64,000 nt of DNA from the human T2T-CHM13v2.0 reference genome, Homo sapiens, in assembly GCF_009914755.1 (NCBI RefSeq), contig NC_060936.1; one strand, given 5' to 3'. The notes beneath the pieces are model-generated. The model saw nothing but the letters and a program-made list of their open reading frames with translations. It was not told the origin of the DNA and did no database searches. Of the stretch, positions 41,961-55,525 are shown one piece after another. The position numbers and the translations under genes were made by a program. Each line of letters opens with the position of its first letter. Within the stretch, counting starts at the first letter, position 1.

Positions 41961-43971
41961 TTTCTAGGTATCTGAGCATCACTGATATCCTTTGTCTTTT
42001 ATATCAATTATGAGCCTTTGTTTGGGTGCGGTCATTTCTTACAGCTCCTAACAATCTATTTTGTTGCCACAATACAGCACTGAAAAAAACACACAATTCG
42101 TGGCAGATTTGGAGTATTTATTTAACATAAAGCTATTTTTGATCTATTACCTGGTTTAGGCCTATAAGTTTTACTTGGCCAAAATGGATTTAGAGGATTG
42201 TGGGGAAGTATTTTTCCTACTGTTTGCACAGGTATGCTTTGATATCACCCATCCATCTCCCCTGAACTGACATCTCCTTTGTTCAAAATTTGTACCACTT
42301 GTCGTCTCATATACTAAACCCCCAAACAAAAGCAAGGCTAGAAGGCATGCTCGAGCAAAGGACTTGAGACTGTGTGAGCAGGAATGTGAGGAACAGCATG
42401 CCAAGGACAAATTCAAATGTAAGCATTTGGAAGATTAGCATCCAGGGAAACTTTTTTTATATTCATTTTTGACTAGTCAAAATAAATCTTTAAAATCACA
42501 TTAGGGCTAGGAATTCTTTTTTTTTCTTTAGAGAAAAGCAGAGAGAAAAATCAAAAGCATACTGAGGCAGATCTGTAGCTACAGTGACAGTTATGAATAG
42601 GTAGCATGCAATATCCTTCAGGGTGGATTCCAGGAACTGAGCACAGTTCAGGAAGATCCTGAGCTTGCAATTAATTATTTAGAAAATGCTCTCCTTGCTG
42701 CTAAGTAAGCACATGATGTTCTCTGGCACAGAAATTAGTTTGAATTCTCAGCCCTGTAGCAAAGCTGTCAGGCAGGGCTGCTTGCGTGCGTTTCTAACTG
42801 CAAAATGATGAGGCTCCTAAAAGAGGTGCCCCTGGCTTTGCAGCATGACCCTGCTCAAGGATTTTAGCCTAAGGAACAGGAAGATGCTTGGGTCTTTGAG
42901 GTTGATGGGAAAAGTGGTGATTAAAAAGAGCTGATTAGCAACCTTAAGTGAGGGGAAGATGGGGGATGTAAACATGACACATTAACCAAAATTTCTCGCT
43001 TTTACTCAAAGGAGAGTCATTATAAGGATGAACAGTGTTGGGCATTTGAGGACCAGGTTGCAAAAGGAAGCCAGGCCTGCCGGGAGGTGATGATGGGGGC
43101 TTGCTGAGCCTGGTGGCCATTTGGACAATAACAGAAGTGATAGGACAGTTATGTCCTATTATATGCTCAGTCAGTACAATACAGTAGCAGGTCGAGAGCC
43201 ATGTAGTTACATGATTAAATGTCTCTACCATATGTACACTGAGAACTATGGTGAAAGATAATGTGATGGAACAATGAAAAAAGAATAAAGTGTGAATTGG
43301 CCATAGAATAGAAAGGTGTTATTTTATTTTGGAGGAACCAAGGGCAACTTCCTGAAAAATGTAACATCTGAAGGAAGAGGAGAGGTGTTTAGAAGGAAGA
43401 GGAGAGGTGTTTAGAAGGCAGAGGAGGAAGCAATGCATTCCAGGTGAGGGCACCATAGGGACAAAAGCATCAAGGAATCAAGTTTCAGTAATGAGTGATT
43501 TGGTGCAGCTAACACACAGCACATGAGAAGGGAAAGATAGACAGTTAAGTGGGAGAGGGTATCTGGTGCCAGATTGTTCTAGGTGCAAAGATTTTGAACT
43601 TTATTCTGGAATCAATGAAAGGCTGTCAGTGCCTCTGAACAGGAAAGGAACACAATTGGAACTGTGGAAATGTGGAAGATGAACTGGAGGGCAGGAAGGG
43701 GCTGAAAACTGCTATGAGGCAACAGTATAAGTCAGAGTTAATGTTGACCACAACAGAGGGATTAAAAGAAAGGGTGGGGACGAGGAACATCATGGAGCGA
43801 AATGACATTGAAGTTGATGGCTCATGGCATATCTGGAGTAAAGAATAGGAATGAGTAACTGAATGGGTGGAGGTTTCACATCTGCGATGCCAGGAGCAGA
43901 GGAGAGAACACACAGGATTAGCAGGGGGATAGTAGAAGATAAAAGACCCGAGGATAAGAAATTCTATTTTG

Positions 43972-44404
<433 letters not shown>

Positions 44405-44644
44405 TCATAAAGGTGATAAATGAAGTCATGATTATAAACAACAATGAGGACAACAACAGGTTAACCAAGGTGGAAGGGGCAAGAAATGAGGATTACAATC
44501 TGGGGCCTGACAATATGCAGGGAGCAAAGGGAGAGGAAGGTAACCATGCAGAAAGACAGGGACAAAGGGATAGGAGAAGACAAAGAACAAAAAATCTAAC
44601 CTTCTGAAAGCCAAGGAAGGAGAGAGTTAAGAACTGATGATTTT

Positions 44645-44791
44645 TAGGACAAATACCTAATGCATGCAGGGCTTAAAACCTAGATGACAGTGTAGCAAAC
44701 CACCATGGCACATGCATACCTATGTAACAAACCTGCACATTCTGCACATGTATCCCGGAACTTAAAATAAAAATAAAAATAAAAAATAAAA
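44645..44791 (+). mobile_element. Very short L1PA8-like 3' end
   Basis: AGGACAAATACCTAATGCATGCAGGGCTTAAAACCTAGATGAC...A tail; TSD AACTGATG(A/C)TTTT at 44632-44644 / 44792-44804. Confidence 0.93.
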
Positions 44792-45299
44792 AACTGATGC
44801 TTTTAACCAAGGCTCAAGGGCTGCCAAGAAGCCAAGGAGGGTAAGACAGAATTCAGGTACTAAAGTGACAAGAGTGATCTTCAGAAGAGTGGTGTCCACT
44901 ATGGGGACAAGAGGTTGAAGAGCAGGTAAGCATTTAGAAGTGGAAACAGCAAGGATAGTGATTGACGTATACAGCTATCTTCTTTATATTATAGGAAAAA
45001 TAGATTTGGAACTGAGAATTTTGAGCATTGAAATGTCATGGTGATAGACAAGGACTTGAAAAAGGCAAACATTTATTTAAAATGGTATATTTGTATTTTT
45101 ATTTCAAACCTTGAAATCCACTTACTCACATATCCTAAAGTAAATGAAACCAATAAACAAAGCATAAAGTTAATTAAGCATGTGTTAGAGGTTCATTCAG
45201 CACCTGTGTAAAGCCAAATATACCTACAGAGGTGCAGCATTTCCGTGGCTAATATGTGTTGAATTTTACGGGTTACCATTAGTAATTAGAGTCATATGT

Positions 45300-46000
45300 G
45301 GAGTTAATATTCTGTAAATATTACTTGAGTGCTTACTACACTCCTGGATGATGGTGGGGACCAGAGTCCTCTCTGTCTTTGTAGATCTCACATGGTTTCC
45401 ATAGCTACAGTGTGACTCCCATAACTTTAAATACTCAGAACCCCTCTCCACACGTGATACTGTACTGCAGAGTTGAGATGTGAAGGAACAGTTGCCCGCC
45501 TTGAAGCCTGAGGCCCTGAGTTCAGGTTCTAGCTCTAATATTGCCAGACTGAGAGTGCCGCTGACTTGGGATTAGTCACCCAGTCTCAACTCTTTCTTTC
45601 TCTTTTTCTATGAATGGAGGTTTTAGTGCCTGCCAGGCACCTTTTCAAGGCCTTCTACAAAATTTCACTTATCCTTCCCAATAAACCTAGAGAGGAAGGC
45701 AAATAATCCTGGTTTCACAGATGAAAATCTAAGTTAATTGGAAGTAAATCCAAATAAGATATATGGGATTATCTCTCCTTGGCTGCCTATCTAAAAATAC
45801 AGACTTCTTATGACAATATTTTTCTACATAGCATTTATCAATGTACACTTTACTTTATGGTTTATAGTCCATCTTCCCACTGGATGTAAGTTTCCTTAGG
45901 ACATGAACTTTTGCTGTTTCGTATACACTGTATTCTCTTTCTCTTGGACTTAAACACAGACCTGGACAATTGAAACGATAGCAATTTAAGCAATTTAAAT
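45300..46000. mobile_element. Cluster of short L2 and MIR fragments on both strands
   Basis: ATATTACTTGAGTGCTTACTA; CCTGAGTTCAGGTTCTAGCTCT; CACAGATGAAAATCTAAG; CCCACTGGATGTAAGTTTCCTTAGGG. Confidence 0.55.
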
Positions 46001-47419
46001 GAATGAGGGTCCCACTGTAAACTGAATTCAGATCTGACATTGAAATATTTTGAGTTAAATTTGAGAGTTTGAGAGTCTGTCTTCTCTCCAGAGTAAGTAG
46101 GTCTCTTGGGTACCAGCGAGTACACTAACGCGAAAGTGTATCTATCAAATGCCCCCTTCCCCCATTACAGGTATTCATGAAGCTTCGCAAAGCTCTCTCA
46201 TATTACTCCCAAGGATCAGCCAAATCCTTGGAGGCTCTGGGTCAATGTGTCATTCTGCCAACTTGAGGCAGTAAGACCATCAGTCATGGGAAGGGCATTT
46301 TCTGTGAGTCAGCATCACACCTTCCTGAATACTGAGCTTTCAATATTGACATGTGGTCCCAAAAGAGGCCTTTAGGAAAAGTCGATTTGATGACACCACT
46401 GAAATGCTGGTAATTAGAGGCCTGAGGTGAAAATGCAAATTTATTAATATAGGCTGCAAAGTCCACTAAACAATCTCAAGTTAGAAAAGCTGAAATCTAC
46501 TTAATTGCTTATTATCTCAAGTCTTGAGTACAACCTTCACTTAACCTGCTGCTGCTTCCTGCTACTGAGCTCCTGTCTCCGTTCACAGCCAAACTCTTGG
46601 AGAATTGACCTGCATGTGTTCCCTCTCTTTCTTTAGAACATTGTTTCTTGTCCTCATTTAATTTGACTTCTGCTGCTATTATTTTTTTTGCAAACTTCAT
46701 CTTATAAAATGCTGCTTTTAGCTTAGGCCAGTGCTTTGCACACAGTAGGGGTTTAATATTTTAATTCACCAGAGGTTTTTGGTGGATTTGTTATATCATT
46801 GGAAGCCACTCCTGACCTCCTAGTCAATACATTTTTTCTTATCCTGCTCTCTGAGAGATGCTATTACCTCTCCTCACTTTCTTGAAACCATCTTTGCCTC
46901 TATGGGATACAACACAGACCACTAGATTTTGAAGCCAAATGACATTAATTGAATCCTTGACCCACCATGTAAAATCTGTGTGTGACTTTGATGAACTTAT
47001 AATCTTTATATTTTCATTTCTTTCCTCTATAAATCTGCTTCTACCTGAAAAAATTTGGGTGAGGACAAAATGAAGTCATGTTAAAGTACTTTGCAAATGA
47101 ATTAGTGCGTAATATATTCACGTATAAATGTGTATACATACATTTTAGGTCTAATTGACCGTTTCTCACTGTGCCTTCCTTACTATGTTGTGGGGAAGAT
47201 AAAATTAATGATATATGTATGTGAAAGTACCTAGCACAGCAGACGCCCGCATGATGAGACCAGTTATACATTCATGGGGAAGAATGCTTGAAGCAGGGGG
47301 CACAGTTAGTGCAGCAATACTATGGAAGGAAAGAGTCTGAATGGAGGAGGAGGAACAAAAGGATGGACAAATATGGTTTGAGTATAGGAAACAAGGGCAA
47401 GAGTGACACAAGTTGATGC

Positions 47420-47571
47420 TAGACATTCCCTCTTCTTGATATATATCCAAAGGAAATGAAATCAGCATCTCATAAAGATATCCACAGTCCTGTGCTCATT
47501 TTAGCATTATTCACGATAGCCAAATTATGAAAGCAAGATTCATTGACAGATGAATGGATAAAGCATATGTG

Positions 47572-47629
<58 letters not shown>

Positions 47630-48125
47630 GAATATTATTCAACCCTGAAAAAAGGAGATCCTGGCATTTGCTACAACAGAGACACTCATTTCATACTAAG
47701 TGAAATAAGCCAGACAGAAAAATATTATATGATCTCACCTATATGTACAATATATTTTGGGGAAGAGCTCAAATACACAGAGATAGAGAATAAAACAGTG
47801 GTTGCCATTCACAGAGATAGAGAATAAAACAGTTGTGGGGAGAAGAAATGGGGAGTTTTAGGTAAAAGGATACAAAATAGCAGACATGTAGGATGAACAG
47901 GCCTAGAGATCTGATGTACAATAGGAGAACTAAACTTAATAAAATTGTATTGCATTAGGAATTTTGTTAAATAATTAGATTTTAGCTGGTCTTGTCACAC
48001 AAAAAAGTAACTACGTGAGATGATAGATGTGTCAATCTGCTATGGTAACCATTTTACTATTGATACATAGCCCATAACACCATGCTGTAAACTTGGAATA
48101 TACACAATAAAATTTATTTTTTTTA
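47420..48125 (+). mobile_element. L1MA8-like 3' fragment
   Basis: GGATACAAAATAGCAGACATGTAGGATGAACAGGCCTAGAGATCTGATGTAC...; contains (TA)23 and a 24-bp duplication. Confidence 0.9.
47579..47624. repeat. (TA)23 microsatellite
   Basis: Visible directly. Confidence 0.97.
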
Positions 48126-48629
48126 AAAAGATGACACTGGAAAGATAAGTAGAGATTGGATCACATGGAAACTGGTAGAAATGTGGATTTTATTCTAAGT
48201 TCAATGGGGTGCCATATGAAGGTTTTGTGCAAGGGTGGGAGTGATCCCACTGAAGTTTTAAAAATATCACAAGGATACTGTGTAGGTGGTAGTGGGACCG
48301 GCATGGAAGGAGAGAGATAAATTAGGAGATGGTGCAGCCATCCAGAGACTAACTGGTAGGGGATTCTCTTAGGGAGGCAAGCACGAAGATGGAAACAGTG
48401 GGCAAATAGGAATATGTTGTTGAGAAAGAGTCAACAATCAAATATAAATGCTTTTACTGACATCTAATACTCTTTATAATTTGGCTATAAACCCTCTATC
48501 CTAACTTGAACTTACATGTCACTGCTCCATGTCTCTTGTGCCAGCCAAGGTAGGGTACAGTTATGTCCCTTCGTGCACTCCTGCCTTCATTCCTTGCTCA
48601 TGTCTCCTCATTAAAGTATCCTCTCTCTA

Positions 48630-48869
48630 TAAGTGGCCTCCAAACTTTTTGACTGTGGACATGCCTCTATAATATGTGCATGTTTATTATAAGAATTGTA
48701 TATATGTATATTATTAGTTCATATGGTAAATATTAGTAAAGTCTAATTTTTAAAAAAACGTAAAAAGTGACTATAAATGAAAATGCTAATTGTTTCTTTC
48801 TCCACCCAGTAGATGTCTTGTGGTCCACATCTCCCTTGAAGTAAGCACATGTCACTTGGTGAACACAGG
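48630..48869 (+). mobile_element. hAT-Charlie MITE (MER112-like)
   Basis: AGTGGCCTCCAAACTTTTTGA ... CACTTGGTGAACACAG; AT-rich core. Confidence 0.6.
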
Positions 48870-49179
48870 TTATTGATTTTTACCAATTCTTTAAAATTTA
48901 AATCAGGCTACTTTTCCTATGAAATTATTCTTAACATCCTTTGGCTTTGAAGTCCTATAGACACTTGAATTCTACCATCAAAATTAAATTTAGCGTTTTT
49001 CTTTCACCATTTGTAGTACCTCACTCTGTCATGTCCTTTCTTCATCTAATCTATAGGCTCCTTGAGGGCACTGATTAATATGTTAAATTTGTTTTCATCC
49101 ACATTAACATTTGTTGACTGAAAAAAGAATCTAATAATTTTTTTTTTAAATCCTGTTTAGTCATGGACATCAAGGGTTA

Positions 49180-49520
49180 TTCATCAATTCAACAACAATT
49201 ATCCACTGAGTGTCTACCATGGATTAAGTGTTCAAGTTGTTGGGTATCAAGAAATGACAGGACTAGCAAGGTCTCTTCTCTCATAGAGCTGACATTCAAG
49301 AGGGAGTGTGACAGGAAATAAATAAATGATGGACCAAGATAATTCAAAATGATGAATGACAAGTTTTATGGAGAAAACCATGTAGTAGGGATGTTGGTTG
49401 GGATGAATGTGATGAATGAAGGCCTCTAAGGAAATGCCATTGGATCTCTCTATCCTATATGATGGGAAGACACAAAGAGTTAAGCTTATCAGAGTTGAGT
49501 TATAAATACTTGCCATTCCA
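49180..49520 (-). mobile_element. L2 3' fragment
   Basis: TTCAACAA...ACTGAGTGTCTACCATG...CTCTCATAGAGCTGACATTC. Confidence 0.75.
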
Positions 49521-49654
49521 GGCATATGGTTTTCTTATTCCCATTGATTTAGCTCTATTCTAACGTCCGTGGTCATTAAGATTATTTAAAATTTCTTTGT
49601 CATAGTGACCAATTCTCATTTTTAAAGGCTAGCCACTAACTTACAAGTCAGTAG

Positions 49655-50048
49655 AGTAAGTCAGTAAGGCTAATGTTAGCTGCCATAACAAACAAGTCTC
49701 CAGATATCAGTGGCTTCACACAATAGAAATTGATTTCTTATTTATGTGACAGTTCAATATGGGTGTTCTTTGTTGGCAGGTTACCTTTTGAGATCCAGAT
49801 TCTTCCATCTTCTGGTCTCATTTTCATCTAGGATCTGAGAGTTCTCCACATTTAGCCAGAGGATACAAAAAGAAAGGAAAATATTACATGTGGGAGGATT
49901 TTGTGGACCTGTAATGAAAGTGGTGATTTGCATATTCCAGAACAAGGAGGCTATGTCTCATTGCAAAGGTGGCTGGGATATGTAATTTCACTGTGTCACT
50001 GGAACAAACAAAAGCGGGTGTTTTGAGACTGGCCAGTCTCTTGTCACA
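49655..50048 (-). mobile_element. MLT1J-like LTR
   Basis: GCTGCCATAACAAACAAG...TCAGTGGCTTCACACAATAGAAA...GGCTGGGATATGTAAT...GTCACA. Confidence 0.8.
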
Positions 50049-51203
50049 GTTTGCTGCTCTAGAATTCTTTTTTCTACAGTTTGAAATGTATTTAAATTTG
50101 ATGACCACCATAAAGTAAGAAAAAGGTGCGTGTGATAAAATGCACCTTTATCTGAGAGAATTCAAATTCATCTCCAGTGATTTTTTTTCACTGATTTTAA
50201 CTTCCTGCAGTTAATTTCATGCATCCCACTTATCCCCACAAACTGTCCAATTTTCATAAATCTAAACAATAAATCAAGATTCAATCCTGAATTACAAAGG
50301 TAGTACTTCAATGCAAAAGTTCTTGTCACAAGTAAAAATTTACAGCATATACTTTCTAGCTCATTAAACTCAATGCCAGAAAATGACCCAAAGCAGCATT
50401 TCTTCTTCAGATAATGAAGTGGTTGGCTACACTAGACACTAGAATTACTAACAATAAAATGTGTAAATTTATTTGATCATAAGCTCCTTGTCTTATGGTA
50501 ATGCTATAATTATCTTTGTTGTTCTCTTTATTTGTTACAAGTAGTTTTTAAGAATCAGGCTTAATTATTTTAACTTGTTAATGCACATAATTCTTTACTA
50601 ATCACTTATTTTAATTGCGGGAGTAAGTGGTTAGTAGCTCAGGAGCTTAGATGCTTTGACCTTTTATTTACTCTGTCCTTTGGGCTAATTGTCATCATGG
50701 CTCTTGAATATTAGGCGCTATTTATAATTCTTGGAAGCTCTGAAAATACATTATGATGCATTCAATTTACCATTCTCCCTGAGTTGAAGGAAAGAGTCAA
50801 TTATTGTATTAATTTTATTAGGGTTAAATAGGACACCAAGGAAGTTTAGGCAAAAGTATGTACAAACTTGTTCAGTTCTTACCTATGGGGCTGGGTATGA
50901 CACAGCCTGAAAAGGGCAGCCAGAAATGGGTTCTGAGGATTGAACTCAGCCAGAGGCAGATTTAAATGAGGTCACCTAAATCAGGGAGCTGGGGCAGCCA
51001 GAGAAATGAGGCTAGGCATGAAATTCAAAGAACAGGAGAAATGATCAATAGTGTAGAAGGCACAAGAAAGGGAGTCCATCTCTTGTAAAGACAGGTTGAG
51101 GAGAGTATTCAAGAGTTAATTCTTCCTTTACTTCTCACCTTCTCTCCTTCCCAACCTCTCTCCATAGCCTTGAGTGCCCCATAAAATGCTGCTTTCTTTA
51201 TAA

Positions 51204-51455
51204 TTCTGAGTCAGGGAGCTCTTGTCCATTGCCTTATTTCACTTCTTTGCCTGGAATCCATGTCCATGCTGGATTTCCACATGCATCAATTGCTCCATTT
51301 GTTTAAAGAATTGTGTCTGTGTCTTTAAACTGCAGCAAATGCTGACTCAGCCACTTTGAGGATGGAGACTGGAATAGCTGGTACCATAGGCCTTTTAATA
51401 ATCAGCACACTGACCATCTTTGGCTTATTCCTACTCGAAGTTTTGAGTCTCTGAT
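51204..51455 (+). repeat. Left arm of a 252-bp inverted repeat
   Basis: Reverse complement of 52384-52635; 21 mismatches by hand alignment, no gaps. Confidence 0.97.
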
Positions 51456-52069
51456 GCACAATGAGAGTGCAGTGGTACACAGTAGATATTTCCTTTCCCA
51501 TTGTTTTCTGTCAAGTTCAAAATAGGACTACTTTTTATTACTTATGCACACTTAATTTAATAAAATGTCTGTTTATAGCCATGCTACCTAATTTAATCAA
51601 TTATTCATTATATAAATCTCTATTTTGTATCTTCTATCTGTCAGGCCCAAGTATATAAAAATGAAATAATACAAAGACCTTGGCATCAAGGGGCTTAAAA
51701 TCTAGTGGGGAAAGACAAGCAGTTAAATAAACAAGTAAAACATAATTCAACAACTCTGATTTAAGATATCTAACTAAGAAAATCCATTTGCTGTTTCTCC
51801 TTCCATGATTCTACTGAAATGACGGAAGAAATATAAAAATAAGGATAAATCTACAGTGGAATTAGAAATCCAAGAAGGGCAAAGCCACTGCATACTATTG
51901 GGCAGTAAAATAAAACAAGCTATTTGTGGCAACCCCTTAAAGGATACCATCAGCAGGCCAGATATGCTAAAGAATTTCTGAAAGACACAGAGCAGATGGA
52001 CTCGGATTCCTAGAGGAGTGCCTGTGACTCACAGAAGTGAAAATGAGTACCATTCAAGAGTGAATTTTT

Positions 52070-52344
52070 ATCTCAGCACTTTGGGAGGCCGAGGTGGGCG
52101 GATCATGAGGTCAGGAGATCAAGACCATCCTCGCTAACACAGTGAAACTCCGTCTCTACTAAAAATACAAATAATTAGCTGGGCGTGTTGGTGAGCACCT
52201 GTAGTTCCAGCTACTCCGGAGGCTGAGACAGGAGAATGGCATGAACCCGGGAGGCGGAGCTTGCAGTGAGCTGAGACGCACCACTGCACTCCAGCCTGGG
52301 CGACAGAGTGAGACCCCGTCTCAAAAAAAAAAAAAAAAAAAAAA
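52070..52344 (+). mobile_element. AluY, 5'-truncated, in the inverted-repeat spacer
   Basis: Y diagnostics; TSD AGTGAATTTTT at 52059-52069 / 52345-52355. Confidence 0.95.
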
Positions 52345-52383
52345 AGTGAATTTTTTTTAGCTGAATTCAGAAAGAAGTCCCAG

Positions 52384-52635
52384 ATCAGAGACTCAAAACT
52401 TCAAGTAGGAATAAGCCAAAGATGGTCAGTGTGCTGATTATTAAAAGGCCTATAGTACCAGCCGCTCCAGTCTCCATTGTTAAAGTGGCTGAGTCAGCAT
52501 TTGCTGCAGTTTAAAAACATAGACACAATTCTTTAAACAAATGGAGCAATCGATGCATGTGGAAATCCAGCATGGGCATTGATTCCAGGAAAATAAGTAG
52601 AATAAGGGAATGGGCAAAAGCTCCCTGGCTCAGAA
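52384..52635 (-). repeat. Right arm of a 252-bp inverted repeat
   Basis: Reverse complement of 51204-51455. Confidence 0.97.
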
Positions 52636-53158
52636 GGCAAACTTTCCTTTTGCTCACATTCTCTCATCCCTGGCAGGGAGGGCTTCTGTGAGGAGTGCCT
52701 CCTTCTGAGCTGAGGGAGAAAATGGCTGCCCCTTTGGTTGAAATATGGAGGATGTGTCTGAGGTACCTAATGTCTGTCTAACATCAGTAAAAGTAGGAGA
52801 GAAGAGAGAGGATAAGTGAGCAAGGAAAAGAAATAGAAGTAAAATCTTCCAATATTAATAAATAGTTGACAGAGAAGGAAGAAAATTAAAACAAAGAAGA
52901 AGATACACACCTAAGGACATTTTTGTGAAGCTTCTGAGCAAAAGTAAACAGAAAATCCTATAAAAGAGAGAAAAAGTTACAAAAAGCAAGAATCAGACTA
53001 TGGCAGAATGCAAAAAGTTAATGAGACAATATAAAATTCTGAAGGAAAATGGTTTCAGACTGAGAGCTCTATATTCCTACTAACTTGTCATTCAAGTGCT
53101 AAGGCAAAATGAGAGTCCTCAAAATTTATCACTGATTTCTTTTTTGAAAAATTTACGG

Positions 53159-53574
<416 letters not shown>

Positions 53575-54403
53575 TTATAGTTAATTCTAAATAATTAAAA
53601 ACGTGATCTGTAAGTTAATACATAGATTAAATTCCACTTTATTACACCAAAACCTGAAAGTAGGAAAATTTTAAACAAAGGTGGATATTGTTAAATTTCT
53701 GACCTACATGCAAAAATACCTTTCAAGTAAATTTATAACAATTTTGACAATAATATTGGTAGGATTGAAATTAGAGGTACAACTCTTATTTTACTAGAGT
53801 GGAAAGTAAGGCAATAGTGAGGAATGGAAGAAGAAGGAGAAAGAGTAGCAACAACATGGGGAACAGAAAACAAATGCTGATGGCGGAATCAGACTGAACA
53901 TCTTCAGGCAAAATATTAAAGAATGGGTTAAATTTCTCTATTAAAATATAAATGTCATCAGATAGAGCTTAAAAAAAGGTAAGACCCAAAATGACAAAGA
54001 AAATGAAAACAGGATATAAAGCAAATGCTCACGGAAAATTTAATTGACATTAATATCAAATGAGATAGAATTTAAGGTAAAAAGTATTAAGACAATGTAC
54101 TCTACTTCTAATAATATAAGGTCGAATTCTTGAAGAAGATATAACCATAATGAACCTTTATGTTCATAAAAAATAGAAATGAAACATGCAAAGCAAACCT
54201 GTTATAAATAAAAGGAAAGTAAATAAAGCTGGTAGATGTATAACATATATTGCTCATAAATAATCGAGCAAATAAAACCAAAGTAAACATAAGGATTTCT
54301 AAGATAGATATATATAAAATTTTGTGGACAAAAAATGAAAACATATTTTTTAGCCCAAGGCCTCATGGAATCAATTATGTACTACCTCACAAAGAAATCA
54401 CAA

Positions 54404-54817
54404 CCAACCCAAATGCACATCAATGATAGACTGGATAAAGAAAATGTGGCACATATACACCAGGGAATACTATGCAGCCATATAAAGGGATGAGTTCATG
54501 TCCTTTTCAGGGACATGGATGAAGCTGGAAACCATCATTCTCAGCAAAGTAACAAGAGAACAGAAAACCAAACACCTCATGTTCTCACTCATAAGTGGGA
54601 GTTGAACAATAAGAACACATGGACACAGGGAGAGGTACATAACACACCAGGGCCTGTCGGGGGGTGGGGGGGGGTAGGGGAGGGATAGCATTAGGAGAAA
54701 TACCTAGTGTAGATGACGGGTTGATGGGTGCAACAAACCACCACGGCACTGTATACCTATGTAACAAACCTGCATGTTCTGCACATGTATCCCAGAACTT
54801 AAAGTATTATAAAAAAT
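54404..54817 (+). mobile_element. 5'-truncated L1PA7-like element
   Basis: L1 3' UTR with G-tract; perfect TSD AAAGAAATCACAA at 54391-54403 / 54818-54830. Confidence 0.96.
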
Positions 54818-55343
54818 AAAGAAATCACAATAATTTCTAAAAGTAGATTTAAATGGGACACACTTTCCAAAAATAAAAAAACTGGTATTAAAATAATGAT
54901 GTATACAAAGCCTATGTATTTTAAAACTATAAAGTTCTTATGGATATCTCTATGGATCAAGAGAAAATTAAAACTATAACTATAAAGAATTCTGAAATAA
55001 ATGAAATGCTAACATCACATATCAAAATGAGTGAGATACAGAGAAAGAAAAGTTTAGGCTTAAATATAATGGTATTTATTGACAAAAAATAACTAATAAT
55101 GAACTCAAGAAGCTTACAAATAAGCAAACAATAAACAAAGAACATATGAGAAAAAAATTTTTATATGTAAGCAGAGAGAAATGGAATGGAGATCAAAACA
55201 AATAGCAGAATTCAAACAAAGCAAGGGTAAAGAGAAGGGATGTAACAGCAGATTCAGATGGGATTAAAAAGTTCTAAGACTATCATGAAATGTGGAGGTC
55301 AGATATTTCAACTCGACAAAACAATGTGTGGTTTCCCTATCCT

Positions 55344-55525
55344 ATCCCTCCCTCCCTCCCTCCTTTCCTTCCTTCCTTCTTTCCTTCCTTCCTTTATTCC
55401 TTCTTTTCTTCTTTCCTCCCTTCCTTCTTTCATTTCTCCTTTACTTCTTTGTTCCTTTCTTTCTGCCTTCCTTCCTTTTTTTCTTCTCTCCCTCCCTCCT
55501 TCTCACCCATCCATTCATCCATCCA
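55344..55525. repeat. Degenerate polypyrimidine (CCTT/CTTT/CCAT)n tract
   Basis: Visible directly. Confidence 0.9.

Larger units (their letters stand above)
47300..48440 (-). mobile_element. L2 split by L1MA8 (pieces about 47300-47420 and 48130-48440)
   Basis: GGATTTTATTCTAAGTTCAATGGGGTGCCATATGAAGGTTTT. Confidence 0.65.

Noticed and set aside
49030-49300. Tail-to-tail L2 ends as a possible miR-28/151-type hairpin
   Set aside because: The arms are too diverged and separated for a convincing pre-miRNA stem
50025-50040. Perfect 16-bp palindrome GAGACTGGCCAGTCTC
   Set aside because: About one is expected by chance in 64 kb (4^-8 per position)
54650-54685. G-quadruplex-like G tract
   Set aside because: Normal feature of the L1PA 3' UTR
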